Below, piece after piece: positions 31,055 to 45,629 of a stretch of DNA of 64,000 nucleotides (position 1 is its first letter; each line of letters begins with the position of its first letter). The position numbers were made by a program, and so were the translations under genes. Location: positions 1-64,000 of the IMG/VR virus record IMGVR_UViG_3300045988_012220, one strand, 5' to 3'. This DNA comes from a virus. The notes under the pieces are model-generated. The model worked only from the letters and a program-made list of their open reading frames with translations. It was not told the origin of the DNA and ran no database searches.

Positions 31055-32632
31055 ATGGGAAAGAATACTGAAGTAAAAGACGTACAGAAAACCGAGTATC
31101 TTGACAAGAATGGTCTTGATATGTTGTGGGCAAAGGTTAAGGAGAATACACGCAATCAGGTTGAAGCAGAAAGCAACAGAGCTGTAAAACAAGAGACTAG
31201 AATAATTGAGACAAAAGCTGATAAATCTGAATTTAGTAATTATGTTCCTTTCGCGACTTTTACAGCGCTCGAGAAGAAAGTTTCTGCTAATACTACAGCC
31301 ATTAGTAATAAATAGAACGCTGGTAACTATCTTCATTATGAAACTCTTAATAATGACGGATATTATGAAATACCGAGTGTTTGTATTTCTGGTAGCAGCG
31401 GCAATACTAAAACAAACATAAGTTCATAGAGTATATCGATTAATGATGATAGCGCTAGTTGTACGACCATAACTCCTGATAGTATTGTTAACCGGAATAA
31501 TGATAGTGGTGATTTTAGCTTTGTTTTAGACAGAGATGGCCTGAAACTAGAAGGTGGAGATAATTTCAGCGTATTGACGTCTAACGGCTCTACTATAGAT
31601 ATAACTCAATACGCTAAGAAAACAGAAGTTAGTGATTTTATAAGTAAAACTACTACTAATGATTAGTCTATCAAATCTAGACTTAACATATCTAATGCAT
31701 TAAAAATTAATGGTGATAATAATGAGTCTTATGCCGTGTTCTTGCCGTCTAGTGATGACATATAGCTTCAAATGATTGGTGCGGATAGAAGTGCTAAAAC
31801 TTATTTGGATCCATCTTCACTTTAGATAAGCAAATCTATTTATAACATTACCATTACGGCTAATGGTATTCGTAAATCTGATGGTAGTGCTAACTACGTT
31901 TATGCCACAGATGGCTCTATAGCCGATTTGACACAGTATGCTAAGAAGAGTGAGATTACCACAGGCGGCAATGTTGGTGATGTGCAAGTTAATGGCGTAA
32001 GTGTTGTAGAAAACAAGATAGCTAATATTAAGCCTGCTACTAAAGAAGAGCTTGGTGCAGTAAAGGTTGGTGATGGTCTTAATGTTACTGATGGTACTAT
32101 AAGTGTTGATACTACTGCTATAGGTGCTGGCAACTATGTTCCTTATGAAGCTTTTTCAAACAACACTTACTATTTACAGAATGGCATTGGTTTTGGCTAC
32201 TAGAGGGCAGAATGTACATCCATAACTAATAGAGAGATATTTGTCAGAAGTAGTACTAAAAATCATATAAAAATTAATGGTAACTATCTGCTTTTTTCGA
32301 ATGATGATGGCTCCACAATGAGTTTTAATAGCCAACGTGGTGAAATTGAAATAAACCGTAGTACTTCTAATGGAATCGAAAGTGCACTTAATATAAGCAA
32401 ATCTGGTATATATATGTATGGTGTCGGAAAGAACCGTGTATTAACTGCCGATGCTAAAACTATAGATATAACCCAATATGCATTGAAGTCAGAACTCCCT
32501 ACTGTTCCTACAAAGATTAGTCAGCTCTAGAATGATAGCGAGTTTATTGCTAAGTCAGTGTATGATGAAAAGATTGCAGCACTTGAAGCTCGTATTGCGG
32601 CACTTGAAGCTAAACATGCAGAAGCTGTTTAA
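31055..32632 (+). CDS. tail fibre protein, 525 aa, multiple in-frame TAG
   Basis: Track ORFs 31055.., 31928.. and 32318.. share one frame and join across TAG. N-terminal LDMLWAKVKE motif. C-terminal coiled coil IAALEARIAALEAKHAEAV. TAA at 32630. Confidence 0.8.
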
Positions 32633-32645
32633 TAAAATAAAAACT

Positions 32646-32669
32646 AACGTTAAAAAAGATTTTAACGTT
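32646..32669 (+). terminator. perfect 10-bp hairpin after the tail fibre gene
   Basis: AACGTTAAAA-AAGA-TTTTAACGTT. AT-rich with no U-tract. Confidence 0.4.
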
Positions 32670-32884
32670 TAAGCTAGGTCTTAATGGAAGCATGACGGGG
32701 CTCGCTGCCCCGCCTAGCACAACAGATTCTACCACGCCTCCTTCCAAATGCGTACCAGGGTAGGACTTTTATCACTCCTAGGTGGAATATACTAGGACAC
32801 GCGTAGCAATACGCTTATATTTAACGGGACTAGGATTAATCCAGTCCTAGTTCCATATTGTTTTACTTTTAAAACTTAAAGACT

Positions 32885-33697
32885 GTGGATACAATAGAGA
32901 AAGTTTATTGTACAGGACACGACAATAACGACGCTTTAGTAGCCGCTTTGGCTTCTAAGAATAACTGTGATCCAATGGCTATGGCAGCCATGATGAATCA
33001 GAATGATTACATGAATAACCCATTTGCTTACCTTATCTGGATGATCTTCGCTATGCGTATGTGGAACAACCAGGATGGTAACAACCAGGGCAATACAATT
33101 CAGAGTCAGCTTGACGCAATGCGTTCGCAGATCGCTGATAATCAGAATAGTTCATTAGTAATGGATGCCATAAGAGGCAACGCTAACGCAATTACCCAGT
33201 TAGCCTCTAACCTGAATTGTGATTTCAACGCATTGAATAGTGCTATTTGCTGCGTTAAGTCTGGAATTCAGGAAGTAGCAGGTAATGTTAACTTCTCTGC
33301 AGAACGCGTTATTAACGCTATTAACCTCGGAGATGCTAATCTTACATCTGCATTGCAGAACTGCTGCTGCCAGACGCAATAGAACATTATCAAGATGGGC
33401 TACGAGAATCAACTTGGGCAGAAGGACATCGTTAACCAGATGCAGACAGGTTTCAGCTACACAAACGCAGGTTTGGAGAGAGCTGCAAGTAACCTTGGTT
33501 TCCAGATGAGTTAGATGGCTTGCGATCTTAAGACGAACGCAAACGCAAATACTCAGAGAATTGTAGATGTATTGAATAATCATTGGCAGTCAGATTTGCA
33601 GTAGAGATACAATGATGCACGTCTTGAATTATCACAGTAGAAACAGAATGCTACCCTTATAGCAGCACTTAAGACTACTGCAACAGCTACAGCTTAA
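32885..33697 (+). CDS. hypothetical virion protein, 270 aa, in-frame TAGs (start codon uncertain, GTG at 32885)
   Basis: Track ORF 32885..33382 continues across TAG: ..NCCCQTQ[TAG]NIIKMGYENQLGQKD.. to the TAA at 33695. Asn/Gln-rich. Confidence 0.65.
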
Positions 33698-33719
33698 TTA
33701 AGTTTTAAATTATATGTGA

Positions 33720-33739
33720 GGGCTCCTTCGGGAGCCTTT
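33720..33739 (+). terminator. rho-independent terminator
   Basis: GGCTCC-TTCG-GGAGCC followed by TTTA. Confidence 0.6.
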
Positions 33740-33760
33740 ACATAATAAATATGACATAAT

Positions 33761-34264
33761 ATGGCATTTAAAGATGTAAAACAAAATTATTCAATTTACA
33801 TATTGAATAAACAGGATATATCTATTACCGATGGTAAGGTTATATCAGTTGGCTTTCCTCACATGGATTTGAATAACAAACCAACTATTGGTCAGTCTTA
33901 GATGGTTATCGATGTAACTATAGAGTCCAATGGTAAAACTGCGACATATACAATTCCAGAAAATCTTTCTGTTACATACGCAGGAGACATTGTGCTTTCT
34001 ACAGACAAACAAGGACTTATAGCAGAAGTTGAATCCATGAAGAATACTGCTGAAAAGATTCTTGAATCTGTTCCAAAGCAGAAAGAGGTTGTCGAAAAAG
34101 CAACATCTTTGCTATCTGATCTTAATCCAATATACAAGGAAAAGAAGGAGACTGAGTAGCGATTTGCTAAGATAGAAGAAACTATCAACAGAATGGAATC
34201 AACTGTAACTAACTTTATTAATTCGTTTCACAATGGACAAGGTAATAGTAATACGGCATAGTGA
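33761..34264 (+). CDS. hypothetical protein, 167 aa, in-frame TAGs
   Basis: The ATG at 33761 is in frame with track ORF 33902..34159 across TAG. Ends TAG-TGA at 34259-34264. Confidence 0.7.
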
Positions 34265-34718
34265 TGAAGAATTGCCAAATACAAAGTATACTGCTAATGT
34301 GAAAAAGAACGAAGATGGCAGTTATACAGCTAGCCTAGATATTTCAAAGTAGAGCGATTACAAAGATTATGTAAATAAAAATGGATTACATTTTACAAAG
34401 TCGTTACAAGAATATGCTAGCAAATAGATGGTTAATTCAAATGGGTTAGAACATACATGGACTCCAGAACAGGTTCAAAATGTATGTAATGTTCTCAATT
34501 TAAAGATACCAAGTACATCAACAATATATGATGTTACATATACAGCAAACATGGCTTACGCTGATTTCTATCCAGAGCTGCTTACTGAACACTAGTGCGT
34601 TAAGTATGCAATGGCAGTTGCAAACGATGAAGATGGATATGAAGGAATATAGTTTTGTAGATGGGTTGCTGATGTGATGGCAAAGAATGAAAATATAGAT
34701 TGGGAGAAATTTAAGTAA
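34233..34718 (+). CDS. hypothetical protein, 161 aa, 4 in-frame TAG
   Basis: Own translation: MDKVIVIRHSDEELPNTKYTANVKKNEDGSYTASLDISK[TAG]SDYKDYVNKNGLHFTKSLQEYASK[TAG]MVNSNG... TAA at 34716. Confidence 0.65.
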
Positions 34719-34796
34719 TCTTTAACTGTGGCGTTTTAGACGTAGTCTTCAATGACACCACAGTACTATAATTAATAATAATTTAAACGAATTAAC

Positions 34797-37577
34797 ATGA
34801 CTGAATTACTATCATAGAATGATTAGGTTATCGAGAAGAAACCAAATCCAATCGAAGAGCTTAATACAACGATGGCTTAGTATTATTCTGTATTACATTC
34901 TAAGATTTATAATCACGAGAGTAATACTGATATACACGTAACTTCAGATGATAAAAACACCTGGAATAATAAAGCCAATTAGTCTGATTTAGAATCTGTT
35001 AAAGAATATGCTGATAGTTTAAAGTAGTCTTTAGATAAAGTTAAGCCAGATATAATTAAGGAAGTCGAGACTATGATAGATAATAGTAAAGACATTAATT
35101 TATCTGACTACGCCACAAAGGTTTATGTAGACGCTTAGATTGATGCGCTTAATATAAGTGATGACATTGCTACAAAAACATGGGTGTCAAATAACTTTGT
35201 AAACTCTACAAATTATCAAAGATTTGATTCTACAAAGTATTATACAAAAGATGAAATTGATAATAAAATTGCAGGAGCAAATGTAGATAACTATCAGATA
35301 ACGGAATTTAGTTTGGCTAATAACTATCTTAACCTTACATAGAACAACGGTATATCAACACAGGTAAAACTGTCTGATGTATCTGGTGGAGCAATAACTA
35401 GCGATAATTTGGATAGAAAGCTATAGGACTATTTAAAGATATCTGCTATAGGAAACATTACGTTTACTAGAGGAGGAAGAATAGTTACGACATGGAATCC
35501 TGCTGCAGAAAATGCCACCGTGGAACTTTCTGGAGGAAGTGGATCAGATTCTTAGAGTGGAGGATATTATAAACCATACTTTAAGAATTATCCGTCAGAT
35601 GACAGCTTACCTACATCACAATTACCTGTAGTTGGATAGGATCCAGTAAATGCAGGATGGAGCTCTGTTAACGTAAACCCAGAACAAGGATACTTTACAT
35701 GGGAGATATGGGTATACATTAAAACCGGTGGTGGCTTTGGTGATATCATTGGTCCAGTTTGTATTTCTGGAAAAGACGGAGACAATGGCTCAGATGCTAC
35801 TGGAAAAGAATATATATATCAGCTAAATAATAATCAACCTACAAAGCCAACAATAAAACCAGCGTGGGGCGATGTTCCAGCTGGGTGGACTGATAATCCT
35901 ACAGGTATAGATTCTACTCATCGTGCAGAATGGATGATGTATAGAACATAGGACCCAGATGGAGTTATAAGTGATTGGCTTCCAGCTAAGGGCCCTGTAA
36001 TTTGGGCTCATTGGGGTAAAGATGGAACAGATGGTGATGGTGTGCAATATATATTCTGTGCTTTAAAACCTGGTGAAACAACAGCTGTATTTACAGGCGT
36101 AAATGATCCTACATCGTGGACAAATGATTCTGGCTTTTAGAATGGAAAAGCTGGAGAATACATTAAACCAGGATCTAGATGGACAGATAACCCAATAGAT
36201 ATTAAAACAGCAGTTGGTTATGGTTAGGGATCAAGCTAGTATGTAAGCATAAGAAGATATAGAGGATCTACAGGAAGTGCTGAAGATAATGACGGAAAGT
36301 GGCTGACATATAGCGAGCCTAGCTTGTGGACATACATGGCAAAGGATGGAGAAAGCTCCTCCCAGACATTAAAAGGATCGCCTTTAAGAAATAGAGGTGT
36401 ATGGCAGACTGGTGTACAATATTTTGATGGTACAACCTAGTCTGATGGAGGATTGTTTTATTAGGACTTTGTATCATACACTCATTCTGTAGTAGCTGAT
36501 GGAGCATCTAAGAATGTTACAGATTTCTACGTTTGCAAAAAACAGTGTGCAAGTATTGTCCCTACAAATACTGATTATTGGGATAAGCTTAGTGATATGG
36601 GTCCAATATACACTGACGTCCTTGTCGCTATGAAAGCATACATAAAAGAGCTTACAGCAGAAGAAGTTATAATCACAGATAACGAGAACATCGTAGCTGG
36701 TATGACTTCTGGCAATTCTGACAAAGTTTCATCTCAGGGCAATGTGAGAATATGGGCCGGCACAAATGATAAAAATGCTAGCAATATAGCTGAAGCTCCA
36801 TTTACTGTTACAGATAAAGGTGTATTAACATGTAGAGGAAACTATGGGAATATTATATTAAAAGACGGTACGATTTATTTCATAGTCGGCGGAGTAGAAT
36901 ATAAGTTAGGTATAACTAATGGCAAGCCAGATTGGATTAATAGTGCTGGAGCTGATTCAGTTGAACAATGGTATACTAAGGTTGAAACAGAGCACAACGT
37001 TTCATTTAGCGCTATTGATTCTTTTAGCATTAAAGACAACATTTATTATACAAGTGGTACAATGTCAGATATGGTAAATGGTACATATTATAAACGCGCA
37101 TCAAAAATAACGTGTTTGTACAATATTAGCGAGGGTGTTGTATTTACATTTAAAGACACATTTGGAATAGATATATATATCAAAGCAACATTTTCTAATG
37201 GTATTAAAGCAGTAGAAGGTGCAGTTGCTATCAGTGGATATGCTACTACAACGTCTACACCTACTTAGGACATTCCTGGAAAAATAAATATAGATACAAC
37301 TAGCAAATAGTGGTGTTCTATAGAGAAAGAAAGCAAGGATAGTTTGCCAAGTATGTATTATACAAAGGATACTCCTGTAGGTAAATTACACGAAGCTAGT
37401 TATCGTTCAGTTGATGATAGAAATATTACATATGGAAGTGGTACAGAAGATGGTATATATGTAATAAAGCCAGCGCCAAAAGAAACTGTAAGCACAGATA
37501 GAAAAATATCAATATTTGTCGACGAGTCTTCTGAGTAGAATGTATTTAAACCAACAGTAACAACAGTATCATTATAA
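34797..37577 (+). CDS. large tail fibre / receptor-binding-type protein, 926 aa, at least 19 in-frame TAG
   Basis: Single frame from the ATG at 34797 through track ORFs 36597.. and 37344.. to the TAA at 37575. Repeated GKDG.DG...W.DNP segments are typical of phage fibres. Confidence 0.8.
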
Positions 37578-38086
37578 TGTTTGACATAGTACAGAATAAG
37601 ATACAGTTAAGTACAGAAGATTTAGCTATACCACCATTTAAAGACTTCTATAATAATGCAAAAGATAAGCAAGACGCATTAAAGAAGATAGAATTCATAG
37701 TGTGGAGATATAAATGGAATAGCCCATATGAGGCATACCCAGAGAAAGAGCGCACATGGAGAGTAGCTAAAGATGTACTTAATGATGAGAATTACAAACC
37801 TGATGACGTTGTAAAAGAATTAGCAAAAAGGTTTCAGGAGTTTCAAGAGACTCCTGCTACCCGCCTGCTTAAATCTTCTAAGAGCGCAGCAGAGGGCATT
37901 ATGAACACGATGGATAGCTATGCTGAAGAAGAGCTTGATATAGATACAGCTAAGAAGCTTTCTGCTATATTAAAAGATGTTAGCGGTATTATCAAGTCGT
38001 TAGACATGGCTACGAAGTAGGCAAAAGCAGAACAAGCAGAAACCGGTAGAGTCAAGGGTGGTGGCGTTATTGGTATGTACGAATAA
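37577..38086 (+). CDS. hypothetical protein upstream of TerL (small-terminase position), 169 aa, 1 in-frame TAG
   Basis: Track ORF 37577..38020 extends across TAG to the TAA at 38084. The function is a positional guess only. Confidence 0.7.
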
Positions 38087-38088
38087 TT

Positions 38089-40152
38089 ATGATAGACTTT
38101 AATTAGAAGCTCCATGATACTGATAAATTCAGATAGGCGGCTATCTTCTTTCAGCAACATGGATGTTATACCTTAGCTCCTAGAGGTACTACTGATTATA
38201 ATAAATATTGGGAGCAAGAGACAGATAGATGCCTTAACGGTTATACAGCTCCAGATGGAGAGGGTATAACTGGATACAACTACTTCTATCTAAATTATAG
38301 TCCAATCATGCGACTTAAGGAAGAAGAGTATACTGATAGAGAGGGTAACCTTAGAAAGAGAAGATAGCGTATACTTGAATTCCCTAGTTTTTGGGACTAT
38401 GATTACTATTATTTTTGCGCTATAGAACAAGCAGAGTTAGAAGGTAAACATATGGCTGTGCTTAAGTGTAGACAGAGAGGATACTCATTTAAGGGAGGAT
38501 CGATGCTAGTTAGAAACTATATGCTTATACCAGGCTCGAAGAACTTTGCTATAGCATCAGAGTAGAAATTCCTTATAGGTGATGGTTTGTTAACTAAAGC
38601 CTGGCAAATAATGGACTTCCTTGATAAACATACAGCGTGGGCTAAACAAAGACTTGTGTCTACACGTATGGAAAGAACATCAGGTTATAAGATTACCGAT
38701 GAGTTCGGTAAGTAGACTGAGCAAGGATACTTATCTAGCATAACAGGTATAACACTTAAGAACGACCCAGAGCGTGTGCGTGGTACTCGTGCTAAACTTG
38801 TACTATGGGAGGAGGGAGGTAAATTCCCTAGTCTTCTTGATGCATGGCGTATAGAACAACCTTCAGTAGAAACCGACGATGGTAAAGCGTTCGGATTGAT
38901 GATAGTTTTTGGAACTGGAGGTACCGAGGGATCGTCTTTCGAAGGATTGAAAGAATTGTTTTATAAACCTAAATCTTACAATGTTCTCAGCTTTCCTAAT
39001 ATATGGGATGAAGGTAGAGAGAGTACAGAATGCGGATTCTTTGTTCCAGCTTATTCAAACCTAGAATCATTCGATGATGATGGTAATTAGGTATATATGG
39101 ACAAGGATGGTAATAGCTACAAAGAGAAAGCTATAGAGAACCTTATAGATCAGAGGAATAAAGTAAAGGACGGTGGTGCTAGCTAGCAATCTATAGACCG
39201 TTTTATATCAGAGCGCCCTATAAAGCCAGCAGAGGCTGTATTGGAGCTTGGTAAGAACATATTCCCTAGAAAGTTATTGATGGACCAGCTAACAAGAATA
39301 AGGACCAATAAGAAGCTTCAAAGCATGAAGCATATAGTTGATCTAGAATGGGATGGGAATGGTCAGGTAAAGGCTACAGAAAAGCCTAGTGGGGATATAA
39401 CTAACTATCCTCTTAAGAAGGGCGATAAGCCTCATGGATCTGTAGTTATATGGGAGTACCCAGTAAAGGATCCGCCGCATGGTTTATATATAGGAGGATG
39501 TGACCCATATGACCACGATGATAGCTTCACAAACTCACTTGGTTCTACATTCATATTTAAGCGTGTGAGAGCTGGTGAAGCTTGGACAGATGTAATAGTA
39601 GCAGAATATTCTGGAAGACCAGATACAGCAGAAGAGTACTATGAGAATGTACGCAAGCTACTTACGTTCTACAATGCTAGATTATTATTTGAGAATGAAA
39701 GAAAAGGAATCTACCCTTACTTTACGAATAAACACTGCGATTACCTCCTGGCTGATTAGCCAGATAAAATCATATCTGAAGTCTTTAAAGACAGTAAAGT
39801 ACAAAGAAGAAAAGGATGTCACATGACCAAACAGATTAGGGCATATGGCGAAGGATTGATATTAGAGTGGCTATTAGATGAATTTGAAGAAGGTCACCCT
39901 AATGTAGAAAGAGTATACAGCGAACCTCTAATAGAAGAGCTTATAGAAAACGATGGTGTACGAAACGTAGACCGTGTTATAGCTTTATGTATGGTAATGA
40001 TATACAGAGAGGAGCTCTATTAGGTAAAGGTGTCGTCTGCAAAAGAACAAAACAAATAGGTTGAACTCTTCGAGATGCCGTTATTTAGCAAACAATGGTT
40101 TGAAGAAGATAGCAGCACAAGTGAAGACGGTATGCCGATATTCACATTTTAA
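38089..40152 (+). CDS. terL: terminase large subunit, 687 aa, 10 in-frame TAG
   Basis: One frame joins ATG 38089, track ORFs 38776.., 39241.. and 39823-region to the TAA at 40150. FWDYDYYYFCAIEQAELEGKHMAVLKCRQRGYSFKGG, RGTRAKLVLWEEGGKF and MIVFGTGGTEG resemble crAss-type TerL (from memory, not searched). Confidence 0.85.
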
Positions 40153-40155
40153 TAC

Positions 40156-42639
40156 ATGGAAGATAACTTATACAATTCAGCTTTCCCCAGACAAAAGCTC
40201 CCTCTTTCAAAGAAAGGAAAGAAGTGGCAAGAAGACTGCGTTAACTATATTATAGGTGAAGGTAACGTAACGTCTGGAGGAAATAGTACATCATATTACG
40301 GAGAGCTGTAGACCTATTATAACTTATATAACAGCATCTTCGACGAGAAGGATTTTAAATCAATTACAAACCCATTCAAGGTCGAGGATGGTTTTCCTGC
40401 TACTCCTCACGACTTTAATATCATTAGACCTAAGGTAGATTTGCTTATAGGTGAGGAGACAAAGAGACCTCTTAATTTCAGAGTCATCAGAACTTCATAG
40501 GAGGCTACATCAGAAATGCAGGAGAAAGAGAAGTAGATGATTCTACAATACATAGAAGCAGCTATCACAGCCAGAATGAGTCCAGAAGAGGCCCAATAGT
40601 TTCAGGAGTAGCTACAGTCTGGAGAGGTTATGCCACCAGAGTAGATAGCTAAGTATATGGACAAAGACTATAAAGATATTGTAGAGAATACAGCGTATCA
40701 TACGCTTACATATCTGAGAGAGAAACTTGATCTTGACAATGAGTTTATCAAAGGCTGGAAAGATGGATTGATCTCAGGTAGAGAAATTTATTATGTTGGC
40801 GTACTTAATGCAGAGCCATATGTTGAAAGAGTTAATCCTATATACTTCTCTTATGACAAGAGCCCAGACTTGGAGTTTGTTGAGGATGGCTCATGGTGCT
40901 GTAGAAAGATGCGTATGCCTATTACTGAAGTATACGATAGATACTACGATAAGCTTGAAGAGAAAGATCTTGACAAGCTTGAGGAAATGATTGGTTCTAC
41001 TCCTGGTAGAAATCTTGGAGATAGAAGCCCTGTTGATATGGGTATACAATTACGCATATACGATAACCCTATATTCGAAGGAGCCGGTAAGTCCCTTGTA
41101 AACGTATGGCATTGTTGCTGGAAGTCTTTCAAGAAGATCTTCTACGTAACTACTACAGACGATGCAGGATAGCCTCAGATTAACATAGTTGATGAAACGT
41201 ATCAGCCTGTTGGTAATGAGATTAGTGTAGAACCAGATTGGATTGTAGAGGTATGGGAAGGATATAGAGCTGGTAGTGACTTGTACTTTGGTATACAGCC
41301 TATTGAATACCAGCACGTAAGTATTGATAACCCTAATAGCTAGAAGCTTCCTTATTGTGGAGCTATTTATAGTAACACAAATAGTAAGCCTAGATCATTG
41401 GTTAGTATTCTTAAGCCATTACAGTACATGTACATTGTATTGTGGTATAGACTTGAGTTAGCTATTGCTAGAGACAAGGGCAAGGTTGTTAATATGGATA
41501 TTACATAGATTCCTAAGTCTATGAATATTAGCCCTGCTAAGTGGATGCATTACTTGTCTAGCGTTGGCGTTAACTTCATTAACCCATACGAAGAAGGCTG
41601 GAATATCCCAGGAAGAGAAGGTGGTAAGCCTGCATAGTTCAATCAGATAACAGCTTTGGATCTTACAATGTCTAACGTCATAGCTGAGTATATACAGCTT
41701 ATGGACAAGATAGAGGAACTTGCTGGTACAATCTCTGGTATCACAGCACAGCGTGAAGGAGCTGTAAGTTCATCAGAAATGGTAGGCAATGTAGAGAGAT
41801 CAGTTGTACAGAGCTCCCATATTACAGAGCCATTATTCTGGGTTCACAACCAGTGTAAGCGAAGAGTACTTAACATGCTCCTTAATACAGCTAAGGGTGC
41901 TTGGGAAGAGACTGGCAAAAAGAAGCTCCAGTACATCTTTGACAATGGAGAAAGAGCATTCTTGGACATTACTCCTAAGTTCTACTATGAGGATATGGAT
42001 GTCTTTGTAAGTGATACATCTAAAGATCTTGAGAACATATAGAAGCTTCAGCAGCTTATACAGCCAGCTATGCAGAATGGTGCTAGCTTACTTGAAGCAG
42101 CAGAGATTCTTACAAACGATAACTTTAACATCATTAAGCAGAAGCTTAAGGATATGTAGACTAGACAGGAGCAGATGCAGCAACAGCAGCAAGAGGCAGA
42201 GGCTCAGCAGCAACAGCAGTTGCAGCAGATGCAGAATGAAGCTAAATAGCAGGAGCTTATGTTACAGGAAGCTCAGATGGATCTTCAGAGATATCAGATT
42301 GATCAAGATAATCAGACAAAGATAGCTGTAGCATAGATTAATGCTTATCGTGGAACTGAAGATATGGATCAAAACGATAATGGAGTACCCGACGTTGCAG
42401 AGCTTGGCAAACAGGCTCTTGAGCAGCAAAAGATTAATCAGGAGGCTTATAATAAGCGTTATGAAGCTAAGTAGAAGCGTGAGATAGAAGATTAGAAGAT
42501 CTAGCTTGAGAAGGATAAAATGAAGCATGAGACAGAGCTGTAGTCTCAAAAAGATAAAGCTGCGATGGAAAGGGAATAGCTTAAAGCTAGAACCGCCATC
42601 CGCAATAAAACGAATGCGGAAGCTGCTAGAGGTAAGTGA
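40156..42639 (+). CDS. portal protein, 827 aa, 19 in-frame TAG
   Basis: One frame from the ATG at 40156 through track ORFs 40657.. and 41656.. to the TGA at 42637. Position after TerL, large size, Gln-rich C-terminal coiled coil. Confidence 0.8.
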
Positions 42640-42641
42640 TT

Positions 42642-43664
42642 ATGAAGTTTGATAATAAGACATTTTAGCAGAAGTATGAGGCGTGGAAGAATGGCGCTGA
42701 TTACTGGAAGGATATTAGAGGAATAAACTTGGGTGGAGACGCCCAGGCTGAGGAACCTAGCCCAGAAGAGCAGTAGTAGATTGATTAGAATGTATAGTCT
42801 ATACTTAATGCTTATAATGAAGGTAAAGATGTTAATATAGCTGAAGATATTATTAAACCATTACCTTTTGATACTCCATTAAATGAAGAACATCCAATAC
42901 TGCACAAATACAAAGGAGGTAAAAATGATTCTATTAATACTTTTGTTAACAGAATGGGCCCTCTTGTAGGACAATAGTTAAATAGATACGGATATGGCGA
43001 TACTGCGTTTTACAATGTAATGCGTTAGCTTGCATATGAATCAAACTACGGAAGGTCAAGAGTCGCTAGACAATAGCATAATTATGGAGGAGTAGGATGG
43101 AACGGCAAGACTTACACTACATATAAGAGTGACGCAGATTTTGTTAAGGACTATGTGAGGCTTATGCATAATAGATACGGAGCTGCGCTTAGAGCCAAAT
43201 CTACATAGGATTATGCAAGAGCCCTCAAGCAGAAGGGATATTATACAGATTCTCTAGAGAATTATTCTAGAAACCTTCGAGGAATGGATAGTTTAGTAAA
43301 GGCGGCTCATTACCACAGGAATGCACATAAAGATGCTTACAATTATAATGTTAAGCTTGATGATCTTGTATAGGATTATGAAGACGCAAAGAATACTAGC
43401 CCTATAATTATTAATTCCCCTTCTACAAAGTAGCCTAGTACTGTCAGAGTAGATGTTCCAGCAACTTTACTTGGTCCTACTTAGGAAGAGATTAAGGCTT
43501 AGCAATAGCGCGATCTTGATAAGTATAAACAGTAGATGTATAATAATATAACATAGCCTTCACTTCCGAACATACTTGATCTACTTCCTTAGAATAACTT
43601 TGGTAAAGATTCTTATGGCTAGAAGTTCTGGTAGAGAAGAGGAAATAATCTTAAACTAATGTAA
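42642..43664 (+). CDS. virion protein with glucosaminidase (LytD/FlgJ-like) peptidoglycan hydrolase domain, 340 aa
   Basis: Own translation: ..LAYESNYGRSRVARQQHNYGGVGWNGKTYTTYKSDADFVKDYVRLMHNRY..AKST.DYARALKQKGYYTD, the glucosaminidase-family signature. Many in-frame TAG. TAA at 43662. Confidence 0.7.
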
Positions 43665-43666
43665 TT

Positions 43667-45559
43667 ATGACACAGATGGAAAGTCCTAAGCGAAAGATGC
43701 AGAAGAAGAATGACTATCAGCGTCATAAGCTCTTTCGTAAGATTAAACGTAGAAGAAAAGCATAGGCTGAAGCAGAATAGCAGGTAGCTGAGAAATAGCT
43801 TAGAAAGAAACTTAAACTTCCTAAGTTTGGTGATGGTAAAGAAATAAAATCAGATGCAGGTGCTCCTTTAGAAGTTAAAGACGGAATGCTTTACTACAAG
43901 GAGACAGGGGAGCCATTTTATAATGCTGGGTTACAGTTACCTGAAGTAGAAGTTGTCGGAGATAAATCAAAAGTTAATCCATGGGCTGCTGCTGGTAGGC
44001 ACAATACGTCTTCATATTGGGATCCTAATGGTGTTGTTCATGGTTTTGATAAATCAGTAGAAGCTGCAATAAAATATCCAGCAATGATTGCAGAACAAAA
44101 CGGATACGATACATCTGGATATTACGACAAGGTCAACAAGATCGGGAAAGCCATGACAGTTTTATCGCCGACTAGATGGATTGGAACTTTGCGCGGAACA
44201 GGAATGCCATGGGAAGAGAGCAATTAGGGACTTTATGGCGGTTATGGAGAAACTGGAAGAGCCGCAGATTAGTTGTTTGATATAATGATAGGATCTAAGA
44301 TCGGTGAAAAATTTTCTGATAAAATTTAGAGCACCAAAGAATTGCTTGAATTATCAAAAGAGAATCACAATCCATTTAATAACGCTTTCACTAGATCTGT
44401 GTTATATAGTTATCTTCCTCCTGCTTCTTATTCAGCAAAAAAACTTGTTGCTCCAGCTCTTGCGTGGCCATATTATGTTTTAAAAGGTAGTGCACCAGAT
44501 ATTAATAAAGCGTTTTGGACTTAGAATAATTTTGCTGGCAAAGCTCTTAAAAATGTTTTTGAAAAAGCATATAATGTAGATGGAGATGTTGCTTTATAGG
44601 CAAGAGCTAACGCATATAGGAGGTATTTGAAATTGCCGCAATCTGGAGACTATCGATTTACATAGTCTGCAGCTGATGGAACAAAATTAACCAATATAGA
44701 TGCTTTAAAACAATTAAAAGGAAAAGGCTATGGTGGTGGAGCTAGAGATATAGAAGTAGTTAACGCTGGAACACCATTCGTTGATAAAGACTTTATTACT
44801 AGTGCCGGTGGAAACGTATCTGTTTCAACTAAATTGTTAAATAAAAAGCCAATAGAAGGCATTATAAAAGTAAACGATACTTGGGATTTAATGCCTGGAT
44901 AGAGAATAAATAAAAAGATATCTAATTTCTTTAATGAGTACAGAACTAAGTCTATAAATAAATTTGGCACGAGATTAAAATCCAAATCAAAAGACTTTAT
45001 CGGATATAGAAATTAGGACTTATTTGATAGAATGGATTACCCAGACTGGATGACAATAAGTCAGAAAATAAAGCTATCAGACATCATAGATAAAGGTGGC
45101 GCTACTAGAACGGCTACAAATAATAGTGGGCTAAGAGGAATGCTTGGTAGATCTGGAATAAAACTTGGAGATTATTTGTAGAATTTCAATTATAAAAATA
45201 CAAATCTTTATAATTATTTGAATAATTTGGAGGTTGGTAAATATATTGGCGCAGAACCATTTGATATACAATACGATCTTCCGTTCCATATTTAGGATCA
45301 TAAAATAAACATTGGTCTTGGTAGAACTCCAACTCCACTAGAAAATAAGATATATCCACAGCTTTTGCAATTTCATAATTCCGGTAAAGATATACATATA
45401 AAGAAATCTAAGCGTGGCACATTTACCAAAGCGGCTAAACAACATGGTATGAGTGTATAGAGCTTTGCTAATAAGGTTCTAAAGAATCCAAGTAAGTATA
45501 GTTCAGCTATGAGAAAGAAAGCCAACTTTGCACATAATGCAGCTAGTTGGAAGCATTAA
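43667..45559 (+). CDS. large virion protein, 630 aa, in-frame TAGs
   Basis: One frame through track ORFs 43886.. and 44342.. to the TAA at 45557. Confidence 0.75.
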
Positions 45560-45563
45560 ACAT

Positions 45564-45586
45564 TACACGGGTTCGACTCCCGTGTA
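45564..45586 (+). ncRNA. T-loop hairpin (tRNA T-arm mimic), 5 nt after the stop codon
   Basis: TACACGGG-TTCGACT-CCCGTGTA, an 8-bp stem with a canonical T-loop sequence. No other tRNA arms are present. Confidence 0.45.
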
Positions 45587-45629
45587 GCGTACAACAATTA
45601 AAAATATTAACTTAGTTATAATTTAAATT